Shown piece by piece: positions 9,401 through 18,291 of a stretch of 64,000 bases of DNA. The notes under the pieces are model-generated. The model ran no database searches, was not told the DNA's origin, and saw only the letters and a list, made by a program, of their open reading frames with translations. Each line of letters opens with the position of its first letter. Positions within the stretch are counted from its first letter, which is position 1. Where the stretch lies: NCBI GenBank assembly GCA_963751455.1, contig CAVVUN010000001.1:608001-672000 (forward strand). Reading direction: 5' to 3'. Position numbers and translations under genes: made by a program. This stretch comes from Nitrospirota bacterium. Its GTDB lineage: Bacteria; Nitrospirota; UBA9217.

Positions 9401-11998
9401 ATGAATCTTATCAACCTGCTCCGCTATATCAGTCTTAAACGCCTGAAACTGCACAAAGCCCAGACCTTCATGGCGATCTGCGGCATTTCCCTCGGCGTAT
9501 CCGCAATCGTTTCCATCGGGATCGTGAGTACCAGCGTTGTCCGCTCTTTTGAGGATGCGATCACGTCGATTGCCGGAAGGGCAAGCCTCCAGATAACGGG
9601 GGGGCAGTCGGGGTTTCCGGAAGCAATGCTCGAACGTGTACAGGCAGTTCCGGGCGTGGAATACGCTGTTCCCGTGATCGAGACCACGGCCAACCTTATC
9701 GGCGGCAAGAACCGATCGATCATGATCATTGGCGTGGATATGCTGCAGGATCACCAGATCCGGGACTACCGCGTCACGGATGACAACACCGAGATCCCGG
9801 ATCCCCTGATGTTCCTCGCAAAGCCTGACTCCATTCTGGTCAGCCGCGGCATGGCGGGTTTGAACAATATCGGTATGGACAAAACCATGGAGATCGAGAC
9901 GGTTCACGGAATCCGCTCACTTACCGTGCGGGGCCTCCTTGAGCCTGTCGGCCCGGCAAAAACCATGTCAGACAGCCTCGCAGTCATGGACATTTTCGCG
10001 GCCCAGATGGCATTCGGCAAGGAAGGACGCATCGACCGGATCGATGTCAGCATTCTGCGCAACGAAGACACGAATGCGGTCCGGAAACGGATACAGGCCG
10101 TGCTTCCCGAAGGCTACACTGTCGAATCGCCCGCTGTCCGTTCCAGCCAGATCGAAGCAACCATTTCCAATCTCAAGAGAAATATCAGCAGCATGGGCTT
10201 CGTCGCCATGTGCATGGGCATGTATCTCATCTATAACGCAGTTTCTATAACGGTCGTGCACCGGAGAAAAGAAATCGGCATCCTGCGGGCACTGGGAGCG
10301 ACCCGTGGACGGATCGTGAATCTATTCCTGATAGAAACCCTTATCCTGTCCGTTATCGGATCCGCGCTCGGCATCGGGTTCGGCATCCTCCTCGCTCACG
10401 GGTCGATGGAAGCGTTCGGACAGAACATCGCGGTTGCATATCAACTGAACAATCCGACCTCTGCTCCGCTCATTATCACTCCGGAGCACATTGTTACCGG
10501 GTTCATACTCGGCATACTGACCGGTATCCTGGCCGCACTGTTCCCTGCGTTTGCGGGCGCCCGGGTAACGCCGGTATCGGCCATCCGCTCGCTGCCTTTT
10601 TCCGAGGAGGAATTCATTTCAAAAAGAAAACTCCTCTTCCTGTCCTTCCTGCTGCTGTCAATAACCGCGGTGATGCTGCTCCTCTATGGTGCAATCAAAT
10701 TGAAGTCACCTGGATCCATTGCACTTTTTATCATGACCTCTGAATTTACCCTGATCTTCGGAGTGACCTTTGCCATCCCCTCGGTGCTCCGGAATTTCAT
10801 TTCACTGTTTCAGCGATTCATTGCTCCGCGATTGGGGGCGGTGAGCAGTCTCGCGGGACTGAATATCCGCAAGAACGTCAACCGGAATGCCGTTGCCGCG
10901 GGCGCGGTGTTTCTCGCCATAGGGCTTTTTATCTCCGTTTCGAGCATCGTCTTCTCAGTGCGCTGCTCCGTGATGCACTGGCTCGAAACAACGGCGAACA
11001 GCGATCTATTCGTTACCTCGGGCCACGCCTTCTCGGGCAGCGCCGGAAAGCACGTCCCCATGCCGCTTACAATGAGGAACGAGTTCGAGCAGATAGAAGG
11101 AGTGCGGTTCACTGACATGTACCGGCAGGTATTCATCCCCTTCAAGGATTCCCGCATTCTTCTTGAAAGCGTTGACGTGCGGCGCAGGCTGCAATACAGC
11201 TCCTTTATGGCGACAAAAGGCGATGCCGCCGACATAGGCAGGCTTCTGCCGGGCCGGGATAATATCGTTGTGAGCGAAAACCTCGCAGTCCGCCTCCGTA
11301 TCAAACCCGGTGATTCACTTGTCCTTACCACTCCCCAGGGTCCCGTCAGTTTCGGCGTGACAGCGGTCGTCGTGGATTACGGCTATGAATTCGGCGCTGT
11401 GCTTATGGACAATCTGACATACCAGAAGCACTGGCACGACGGACTGGCCGACATCATCACCGTGCTCGTGAAAGAGAAGCGTGATATTGACCTGGTCCGT
11501 GACGCTATTCAAAAACAACAAGGGAAACAGAAGCGGTTGTTTATCTTTTCGATGGAAGAATACAAGAAAGAAGGCCAAAAGCTGCTGGATCAGATATACG
11601 GCATTTTCCACGCAATGGACATTCTCACCCTCTCCATCGCCTGTATCGGCATCATTATCACCCTGCTCGCGTCGATACTTGAGCGGAGGCGCGAAATCGG
11701 CATCATCCGCTCGATCGGTGCATATAAGGGGCAGGTCTCGAGGGTCGTCGTACTCGAATCCGTGCTGCTGGGCTTTACAGGATGCCTCCTCGGCATTATG
11801 TGCGGCAGTGTACTGGGCTGGATGGGCGTAGACGGTTTTATAAACGGCGAGGCCGGGATGACCGTGCCGTACCGCATCGACTACGCCGCGATTCTCAAGG
11901 CAAGCGTACTCACGCTCGTCTTTTCAACCCTGGCCGGGCTTTATCCAGCGAGACAGGCGGCAAAGACCAATATCGTCGAGGCCCTGGCATACGAATGA
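9401..11998 (+). CDS. FtsX/MacB-type ABC permease, copy 2
   Basis: Same architecture; first ~25 codons almost identical to copy 1. Confidence 0.93.
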   Translation: MNLINLLRYISLKRLKLHKAQTFMAICGISLGVSAIVSIGIVSTSVVRSFEDAITSIAGRASLQITGGQSGFPEAMLERVQAVPGVEYAVPVIETTANLIGGKNRSIMIIGVDMLQDHQIRDYRVTDDNTEIPDPLMFLAKPDSILVSRGMAGLNNIGMDKTMEIETVHGIRSLTVRGLLEPVGPAKTMSDSLAVMDIFAAQMAFGKEGRIDRIDVSILRNEDTNAVRKRIQAVLPEGYTVESPAVRSSQIEATISNLKRNISSMGFVAMCMGMYLIYNAVSITVVHRRKEIGILRALGATRGRIVNLFLIETLILSVIGSALGIGFGILLAHGSMEAFGQNIAVAYQLNNPTSAPLIITPEHIVTGFILGILTGILAALFPAFAGARVTPVSAIRSLPFSEEEFISKRKLLFLSFLLLSITAVMLLLYGAIKLKSPGSIALFIMTSEFTLIFGVTFAIPSVLRNFISLFQRFIAPRLGAVSSLAGLNIRKNVNRNAVAAGAVFLAIGLFISVSSIVFSVRCSVMHWLETTANSDLFVTSGHAFSGSAGKHVPMPLTMRNEFEQIEGVRFTDMYRQVFIPFKDSRILLESVDVRRRLQYSSFMATKGDAADIGRLLPGRDNIVVSENLAVRLRIKPGDSLVLTTPQGPVSFGVTAVVVDYGYEFGAVLMDNLTYQKHWHDGLADIITVLVKEKRDIDLVRDAIQKQQGKQKRLFIFSMEEYKKEGQKLLDQIYGIFHAMDILTLSIACIGIIITLLASILERRREIGIIRSIGAYKGQVSRVVVLESVLLGFTGCLLGIMCGSVLGWMGVDGFINGEAGMTVPYRIDYAAILKASVLTLVFSTLAGLYPARQAAKTNIVEALAYE

Positions 11999-12062
11999 CA
12001 AACTGAAATATGGTTATTGAACGAAGACGCTGTCAAACCTCTACCTGCGTGTAGGAGATCCT

Positions 12063-14654
12063 ATGACCCTCACCAACCTGCTTCGCCACATCAGCCTCAA
12101 GCACGTCAAGCACCAGAAGACCCGGACGTTCATGGGCATCCTCGGCATCACACTAGGTGTTGCGTCGATGGTCTCGATCGACATCGTCAACAATAGCGTG
12201 CTCTTTTCATTCGAGGATTCGATTAACCGCATAACAGGCCGTGCGGCCCTTGAAATTACAGGAGCGGAGACCGGATTCCCGGAACAGGTGCTCGATCGCG
12301 TTCAGAATATTGCGGGAGTCGAGTTTGCCGTGCCGGTTATAGAAACGACGGCCCGTCTCGCCGACGGAAAAGAACGCCCCCTCCTCATCCTGGGCGTCGA
12401 TGCTCTCCAGGACCACCAGGTTCGCAGTTACAGCCTTCGGGACGAAAGCGCCGATATCCCCGACCCCCTTCTCTTTCTGGCAAAACCGGATTCCATCCTT
12501 TTGACCTCGGCAATGGCGGAACAGGAAGGGGTGAAACTGGACCAGCAGATCCGCCTGCAAACTGTTCAGGGAATAAAAACGTTGACGGTCCGCGGCCTGC
12601 TGAATCCCGAAGGGCTTGCCAAGGCAGCGGGGGGCGATATCGCTGTTATGGACGTCTATGCCGCCCAGCTCGCCTTCGGCAAAAAAGGCAAGTTCGACAG
12701 GATCGACGTCAGCTTCCTTGCCGGCGAGACCTTCGATGTCATGAAGGAACGCATACAAGCCGTGCTAACTGAAGGCTACCGCGTTGACACGCCCGCAGTC
12801 CGGACAAAACAGGTAGAGATCATGACGGCCAGATTTAGAAAAAGCATAAGCCTGGTAAGTCTCCTCGCCGTCTTCGTCGGCATGTATCTCATTTATAATG
12901 CCGTATCCATTACCGTGGTCCAGCGGAGACGCGAGATAGGCATTCTCCGCGCCTTGGGCGCCACCCGCAGACAGATCATCGGTCTTTTTCTCGGAGAAGC
13001 GTTTGCCGTGTCCGCTGTCGGGTCCCTTTTGGGAATCGGACTCGGTTTCCTCTTCGCTAAATTGTCCGTGGGAGCGGTCGCCCAGAACATCAGCGATCTG
13101 TACATGCGGGCGTCGGTTACCGATCTGAACATGTCCTCAAGAGACTTGCTCGTCGATGCCGGAATCGGCATTCTTGCAAGCATGATTGCGGCTGTTTTTC
13201 CCTCGCGGACCGCCGCGCGGATCACGCCCATCTCGGCTATACGGACCTTGCCCTATAGCGGCGACGGAGCGTTTTTCGGCAAAACGATAAAGATCGTCTC
13301 GGGGCTCTGCGTTCTTCTATCGGCAATAGTCCTCGTGCTGTACTATGCGTCAGACCTTACCTCACCGATAAGGAATACCACGACGATGTTCCTATCGATG
13401 GTCCTGCTCCTGCTCGGAGTATCACTCGCAACTCCCCTGTTCCTTCGATATTTTCTCTCATTCGTTCATCGGTTTCTGACATCGATACCCGGCGGTGCGG
13501 GCAGACTTGCGGGTCTGAACCTTCAAAAAAACATCGTGAGAAATTCGGTGGCCGTAGCCGCTATCTTTTACAGCATCGCCCTGGCCATCAGCACCGCTAG
13601 CCTGGTCTACAGCACCCGCGCGTCGCTGATGGACTATGTTGATTCCATCATTCGCGCCGATCTTCTCGTGAGTTCCGGTCATCCTCTTGCCACGGGCGGG
13701 ATGCCGAACATTCCCATGCCGGGCGAAATGAAAAAAGATCTGGAAAAAGTCCCCGGCGTACGCTTCGTGGACACGTTTCGGAAAACATATCTGAATTACC
13801 AGGACCGCCAAATTCTTCTGGAGATCGTCGACTTTGCCCTCAGAATGGAATACTGCCCGTTGCTGATCGTCGAGGGCAACAGGGAGAAGATACGCCGTCT
13901 GTTGCCGAATCAGGATTACATCACGGTGAACGAACATTTTGCAAAACAGTTTCGGACGAAACCCGGCGATGTCATTGTACTCCCGACCCCGGATGGACCG
14001 AAGCGGTTCGGTGTTGCGGCGATCGTTGTCTCCTATTCCGGCGACGCAGGAATCGTATGGATTGACAATGCCACGTACCAGCGCCACTGGAAAGACAGCC
14101 TTATCGATACATTCGAGGTGGTTGTGAAACCTGGAACGGATATATCGGCGCTCCGACAGGCCATCCTGGACCGTTTTGGGAAGGAACGAAAGCTTTTTGT
14201 GCTGCCTGTTCCCGAAGCAAAAGCGGAAATCGAGAAAATGCTCGACCAGATGTTCGTCATGAACAACGCCGTGAATATTATCACGCTGATAATCGCCGGC
14301 ATCGGCGTTATCGTGACACTCCTGGCATCGGTCCTTGAACGAACGAGAGAGATCGGCATTCTTCGCTCCATCGGCATGAAAAAGAGCCAGGTCTCCGGCC
14401 TCGTGCTGCTCGAATCGATGATGCTCGGCGCTGCCGGTGGAGTTCTCGGCACCGCAACCGGCGCGCTGATCGGCTGGATCAGTCTTGAGGGTTTCATGCG
14501 CGTTGACTTCGGCGGGAACATACAATATCATATCCATTACCCATCAGTTGCATGGGCAATGGCGCTCGCAATCGGGCTAGCGGCGCTGGCCGGGCTCTAT
14601 CCGGCTTGGCGGGCGGCAAAAACCAATATCACGGAGGCGCTGTCGTATGAATAA
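12063..14654 (+). CDS. FtsX/MacB-type ABC permease, copy 3
   Basis: Same architecture; shared IPDPLLFLAKPDS and AAKTNITEALSYE motifs. Confidence 0.93.
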   Translation: MTLTNLLRHISLKHVKHQKTRTFMGILGITLGVASMVSIDIVNNSVLFSFEDSINRITGRAALEITGAETGFPEQVLDRVQNIAGVEFAVPVIETTARLADGKERPLLILGVDALQDHQVRSYSLRDESADIPDPLLFLAKPDSILLTSAMAEQEGVKLDQQIRLQTVQGIKTLTVRGLLNPEGLAKAAGGDIAVMDVYAAQLAFGKKGKFDRIDVSFLAGETFDVMKERIQAVLTEGYRVDTPAVRTKQVEIMTARFRKSISLVSLLAVFVGMYLIYNAVSITVVQRRREIGILRALGATRRQIIGLFLGEAFAVSAVGSLLGIGLGFLFAKLSVGAVAQNISDLYMRASVTDLNMSSRDLLVDAGIGILASMIAAVFPSRTAARITPISAIRTLPYSGDGAFFGKTIKIVSGLCVLLSAIVLVLYYASDLTSPIRNTTTMFLSMVLLLLGVSLATPLFLRYFLSFVHRFLTSIPGGAGRLAGLNLQKNIVRNSVAVAAIFYSIALAISTASLVYSTRASLMDYVDSIIRADLLVSSGHPLATGGMPNIPMPGEMKKDLEKVPGVRFVDTFRKTYLNYQDRQILLEIVDFALRMEYCPLLIVEGNREKIRRLLPNQDYITVNEHFAKQFRTKPGDVIVLPTPDGPKRFGVAAIVVSYSGDAGIVWIDNATYQRHWKDSLIDTFEVVVKPGTDISALRQAILDRFGKERKLFVLPVPEAKAEIEKMLDQMFVMNNAVNIITLIIAGIGVIVTLLASVLERTREIGILRSIGMKKSQVSGLVLLESMMLGAAGGVLGTATGALIGWISLEGFMRVDFGGNIQYHIHYPSVAWAMALAIGLAALAGLYPAWRAAKTNITEALSYE

Positions 14655-15579
14655 GGAAACTGTAGTGCGAAGTGCGACCCCACCCAGCCTCCCCTTGCTA
14701 AGGGGAGGTGTGGAGAGGCGCGGAGAGCGGACCAGGTATAGGCTCGTCATTGCGAGGAGCAGCGCGACGAAGCAATCTCATCGTTTTCTAAAAACAAGAT
14801 TCCTCGCTGCGCTCGGAATGACAGCTATTATGCTTTTCTTAAATTATGTTTTACCGTCTGCTGCTCACGCGATCTCGGGTCGTGAAGTCTATGAAAAAGT
14901 CCACGAGGTGAGCTTGAAGGCACTGGACCATAAGATCGAAATGACGATGGTCCTGTTCGACAAGGGCGGCGGCAAACGCAGCCGCTCGCTTACGTCCTAC
15001 AGCAAAAAAGCCGACCCCGAAGCGTATAAGGCGCTCGCTGTCTTCAAGAGCCCTCCGGACCTGAAAAACGTCGGGTTCCTGGTTCATGCGCACACGTTTT
15101 CCAATCGCGAGCTCTGGGCCTACTTTCCCGAATACAAACGTGTTCGGCGCATCGCAACGACTTCGCAGGACGATTCGTTCTTCGGGTCCGATCTTTCGTA
15201 CGATGATTTCACCGGCCCGCCGAATCTGGACGATTTCAAGTTCAGCATTCTTAGAGAAGAGGAGCTGGACGGAAAGCCGTGCTACGTCGTCGAAGTGACG
15301 CCCAAGGTTCGCAGGAAATATAGTAAATATATTGCGTGGGTGGCAAAGGACCTTTGGATTCAGCTCAAAATCGATTATTACCAGGACAAGGACATCTACC
15401 GCTCGGGTGTATTCAAGGATGTCAGAGTCATAGACCGGATCCCCACGCCGTTCCAGAGTGAAATGGAGAATAAAAAGACCGGACACAAGACGGAGCTTAC
15501 GCTCGAAAACGTACAGTACAATACACATTTTCCTGATGATCTGTTCACCCAGCGGTCGCTGGAGAGGGCAGGAAAGTAA
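14647..15579 (+). CDS. LolA-like periplasmic carrier (outer-membrane lipoprotein-sorting family); start may be 14647 or ~14818
   Basis: Signal-peptide-like segment ending SAAHA; F.SPPDLKNVGFL, WAYFPEYKRVRRI, FFGSDLSYDD, PDDLFTQRSLER. Confidence 0.85.
   Translation: MNKETVVRSATPPSLPLLRGGVERRGERTRYRLVIARSSATKQSHRFLKTRFLAALGMTAIMLFLNYVLPSAAHAISGREVYEKVHEVSLKALDHKIEMTMVLFDKGGGKRSRSLTSYSKKADPEAYKALAVFKSPPDLKNVGFLVHAHTFSNRELWAYFPEYKRVRRIATTSQDDSFFGSDLSYDDFTGPPNLDDFKFSILREEELDGKPCYVVEVTPKVRRKYSKYIAWVAKDLWIQLKIDYYQDKDIYRSGVFKDVRVIDRIPTPFQSEMENKKTGHKTELTLENVQYNTHFPDDLFTQRSLERAGK
14746..14822. repeat. palindromic repeat (GTCATTGCGAGGAGC...GCTCGGAATGAC), with a second hairpin repeat at 14688-14708
   Basis: Long imperfect inverted repeat with relatives at 4668-4700 and 54356-54467; CCTCCCCTT-GCT-AAGGGGAGG hairpin just upstream. 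Confidence 0.8.
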
Positions 15580-15582
15580 CCA

Positions 15583-17085
15583 ATGCGTATTTCGGAGCTT
15601 GCGGCCGGCGTTTATGAGGTCCTTGATTTCCGTCTCGCGATTCAGCGAGATGATACGACAATGAGTCTAAGCAGTGCAAAGCGCGAGTGCAGGCTGTGCG
15701 GAGTGCGGAGTGAAAAACACGTAAAAAGCGGATATATCACTTTTCTTCTGTTATGTCTCATGTATGCGCCATCCTCCTTCGCCGACGAACCTTTTTCCCT
15801 CTCCGGCAGGCTGGGCATGCGAGATATCCACGCAATCGAGAGCGACAGCATCAAGGAAGACCCGAGTCTCGAGGGCAGGGTAAAACTGGATGCGGAACAG
15901 GGCGCTTTTCGGTTTCACTCCTGGCTCGAAGGTGGATGGGATGGCAGTGTAAAGCGGCCTGCCAGAGATAATTCGTTGTTTAAAAGCTACGACGAGGTCT
16001 ATCAAAGTAATACGCCGTATCTTGAATTCAAGGAACTTTACGCTGCGTACTCCTCGGGCAACCTTGATGTGAGAGCCGGCATCCAGCGTTTTGCCTGGGG
16101 AAGGATCGATGAATACCCGTCGAACGATCTTTTGAATCCCTGGGACTACTCCAAATTTCCGCGAAAACCTCTGGAAGAGAGAAAGATCGGAGTACCTTCC
16201 GTCTCTGCAACTTTGAATCAGGGTGACTGGTCCGTTGAAACCGTCTGGGTCCCGGTTTTCGTTCCTTACCGATTATCTATGCCTGACGAACGCTGGGCAG
16301 GCATCTCAACCACTTCCGCACTCAGCCTCGTCCCTAACGCCGATGTCGTTCCGAAAGAACCTGCGCTTCCTGATCGCTCCCTGGACAACGGCAATTTCGG
16401 CATGCGCATGAAATATCTCGGGACCGTAGAATATACGCTCAACCTGTTTCACGGCTACGATCCAAGGCCTGTTTTCAAGACAACTGCGCTCTCGATCATA
16501 CCGGCAGGAGCGAAGATCATCATTGACCCCGGGTATGTGCCGGATTTTCACCGCATAACAACCGCGGGCATCGATGCAGCGGCAGTGAACGGCGACTTGA
16601 GTCTTCGGGCGGAAATAGCCTATGCCTTCAACCGTTATCTGAATATCAGGCGCGAGCATTGGGGATTTCCCGCAATTCCCGGGCCTGGCGTGTATGCGTT
16701 GAATTCTATCGAGCAGAAACACGATACGATAGATTATGGAGTCGGGGCGGATTACCGTATGTTCGAAGATGGATTATTAACCATGCAGGCCCAGCAAAGC
16801 GTGATCCTCGGCAAGGTCGACTTGTTATACGAAAGGAAAATCGAGACGATTCTTTGGGGCAATCTGAAGGCAAGTTTTATGAACCAGAAGATTGAAACGA
16901 ATATGAGCATTGCCTACAATCCCGAACACGGCGACCGCATGACGAAAGCGAATGCCTGGTATGTATTCTCGGATGCTTGGAAAGCCGGCGGAACCTATGT
17001 CGCCTTTATTGGACCCGCTGAATCGTTCTTCGGCAGATATTCCCGGAATGATCAGCTCGAAGCGGAACTCGCGTATTCATGGTAA
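15583..17085 (+). CDS. outer-membrane beta-barrel protein (DUF1302-like); true start probably downstream (~15661)
   Basis: Signal-like segment ending SSFA; ELY...DVRAGIQRFAWGRID....DLLNP.D; ends FGRYSRNDQLEAELAYSW (beta-signal). Confidence 0.8.
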   Translation: MRISELAAGVYEVLDFRLAIQRDDTTMSLSSAKRECRLCGVRSEKHVKSGYITFLLLCLMYAPSSFADEPFSLSGRLGMRDIHAIESDSIKEDPSLEGRVKLDAEQGAFRFHSWLEGGWDGSVKRPARDNSLFKSYDEVYQSNTPYLEFKELYAAYSSGNLDVRAGIQRFAWGRIDEYPSNDLLNPWDYSKFPRKPLEERKIGVPSVSATLNQGDWSVETVWVPVFVPYRLSMPDERWAGISTTSALSLVPNADVVPKEPALPDRSLDNGNFGMRMKYLGTVEYTLNLFHGYDPRPVFKTTALSIIPAGAKIIIDPGYVPDFHRITTAGIDAAAVNGDLSLRAEIAYAFNRYLNIRREHWGFPAIPGPGVYALNSIEQKHDTIDYGVGADYRMFEDGLLTMQAQQSVILGKVDLLYERKIETILWGNLKASFMNQKIETNMSIAYNPEHGDRMTKANAWYVFSDAWKAGGTYVAFIGPAESFFGRYSRNDQLEAELAYSW

Positions 17086-17098
17086 GAGAAATCCGGCT

Positions 17099-18271
17099 TC
17101 AATTCATCTGATACCGTATCAGCTTGAAGAAATGGTCTACCAGTTGAGGATTAAAGGATTTTCCCTTCCCGTTATTCAGAACATTCACGATCTTTTCAAG
17201 CGGCATGGCTCCCTGATATGACCTCTTGCTTCGCATTGCGTCGAAAACGTCCGCAATGCTTATCATCTGACTCGCAATATTCGGCTGCCATCCGCCTTTG
17301 ATTGAAGGATATCCGGTTCCGTCGAACTTCAAATGGTGCTCCATTGCCGCCAGCACCGCGACTTTCGGTATCCCCTCGGTCCCCATGAGAAACCTGGCGC
17401 CTTTGACCGTATGGGTCTCGATTATCTTTCGTTCGTCGTCGGTAAGCTTTCCCGGCTTTTGCAGCAATTCCTCCGGTACGAAAATCTTTCCGACATCATG
17501 AAGCAGGGAGGCAATACCGATCTGGTGCAGTTGTTCACCCTTGAAGCCGAGCGTCTCAGCCTGGCACATGCTCAGGATACACACGTTCGTAACATGGGTA
17601 AAGGTATACTCATGCGCGGACTTGATGGACGCCAGCAGGCTGAGCGGATTGAGCTCCTGCCGGAAGCCTTTGATGAATCCCTTCACGAGTTCGTCCACAC
17701 CCCGGACGTCTATCTTCCGGTATTTCTTGATCCGGAGGTAAATGTCCTTGAGTTCGTCCATTTCAGATGCGCTAAGCGCAAGCAGCTCTTCCACAACCTC
17801 TTTCGAAACTTCGCCTGCCGGGATCACCGCTGCCGTATCTCCTGCCTGTCCGTCGTATTTCCTGACTTTGATCTCGACTTTGCCGAGTTTTATGAAAGCG
17901 GTCGACCGTATCGAGGCGCTATCGCTTGCGGCAAGATCCACGATCAAAGCATGCAGTTCCGATTTGGGCATGCCCTCCATAAAGCTGAGCCGCTCGACCG
18001 CTTTTTTGTTCAGTATCCGGATAAAATTGGAGACATAGGATGCCGCCCCTGTTGAAACGATCTCTTTGTTGTCGGCAACAAGATCGTTTCCGATAACCAG
18101 AATGGTTATTTCGGGCTTTTGCATGAGCATACCAGTTAGCGCGCTGTAGGCCTTTTCGATATACTGCCCCACTTGGGGGTGGTCCGGCGAATACAGGCTG
18201 GCATTGGCGATCGCGGCCGTGACCTGCGAGATCACCCTGGAAAGTTCCTGTTGAAAATCCTGTTCAGCCAT
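17099..18271 (-). CDS. HD-GYP phosphodiesterase with an uncharacterised N-terminal domain
   Basis: YTFTH, LLHDVGK, HHLKFDGTGYP, IADVFDAMRSKRSY. Confidence 0.92.
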   Translation of the reverse strand: MAEQDFQQELSRVISQVTAAIANASLYSPDHPQVGQYIEKAYSALTGMLMQKPEITILVIGNDLVADNKEIVSTGAASYVSNFIRILNKKAVERLSFMEGMPKSELHALIVDLAASDSASIRSTAFIKLGKVEIKVRKYDGQAGDTAAVIPAGEVSKEVVEELLALSASEMDELKDIYLRIKKYRKIDVRGVDELVKGFIKGFRQELNPLSLLASIKSAHEYTFTHVTNVCILSMCQAETLGFKGEQLHQIGIASLLHDVGKIFVPEELLQKPGKLTDDERKIIETHTVKGARFLMGTEGIPKVAVLAAMEHHLKFDGTGYPSIKGGWQPNIASQMISIADVFDAMRSKRSYQGAMPLEKIVNVLNNGKGKSFNPQLVDHFFKLIRYQMN

Positions 18272-18291
18272 TGTTTCTCTTTTCTCTTGAT

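Noticed and set aside
13458-14537. Long antisense ORFs here and at 7856-8578, 34529-35482, 35982-36812 and 46768-48189
   Set aside because: They are shadows of well-supported genes on the opposite strand and have no motifs of their own
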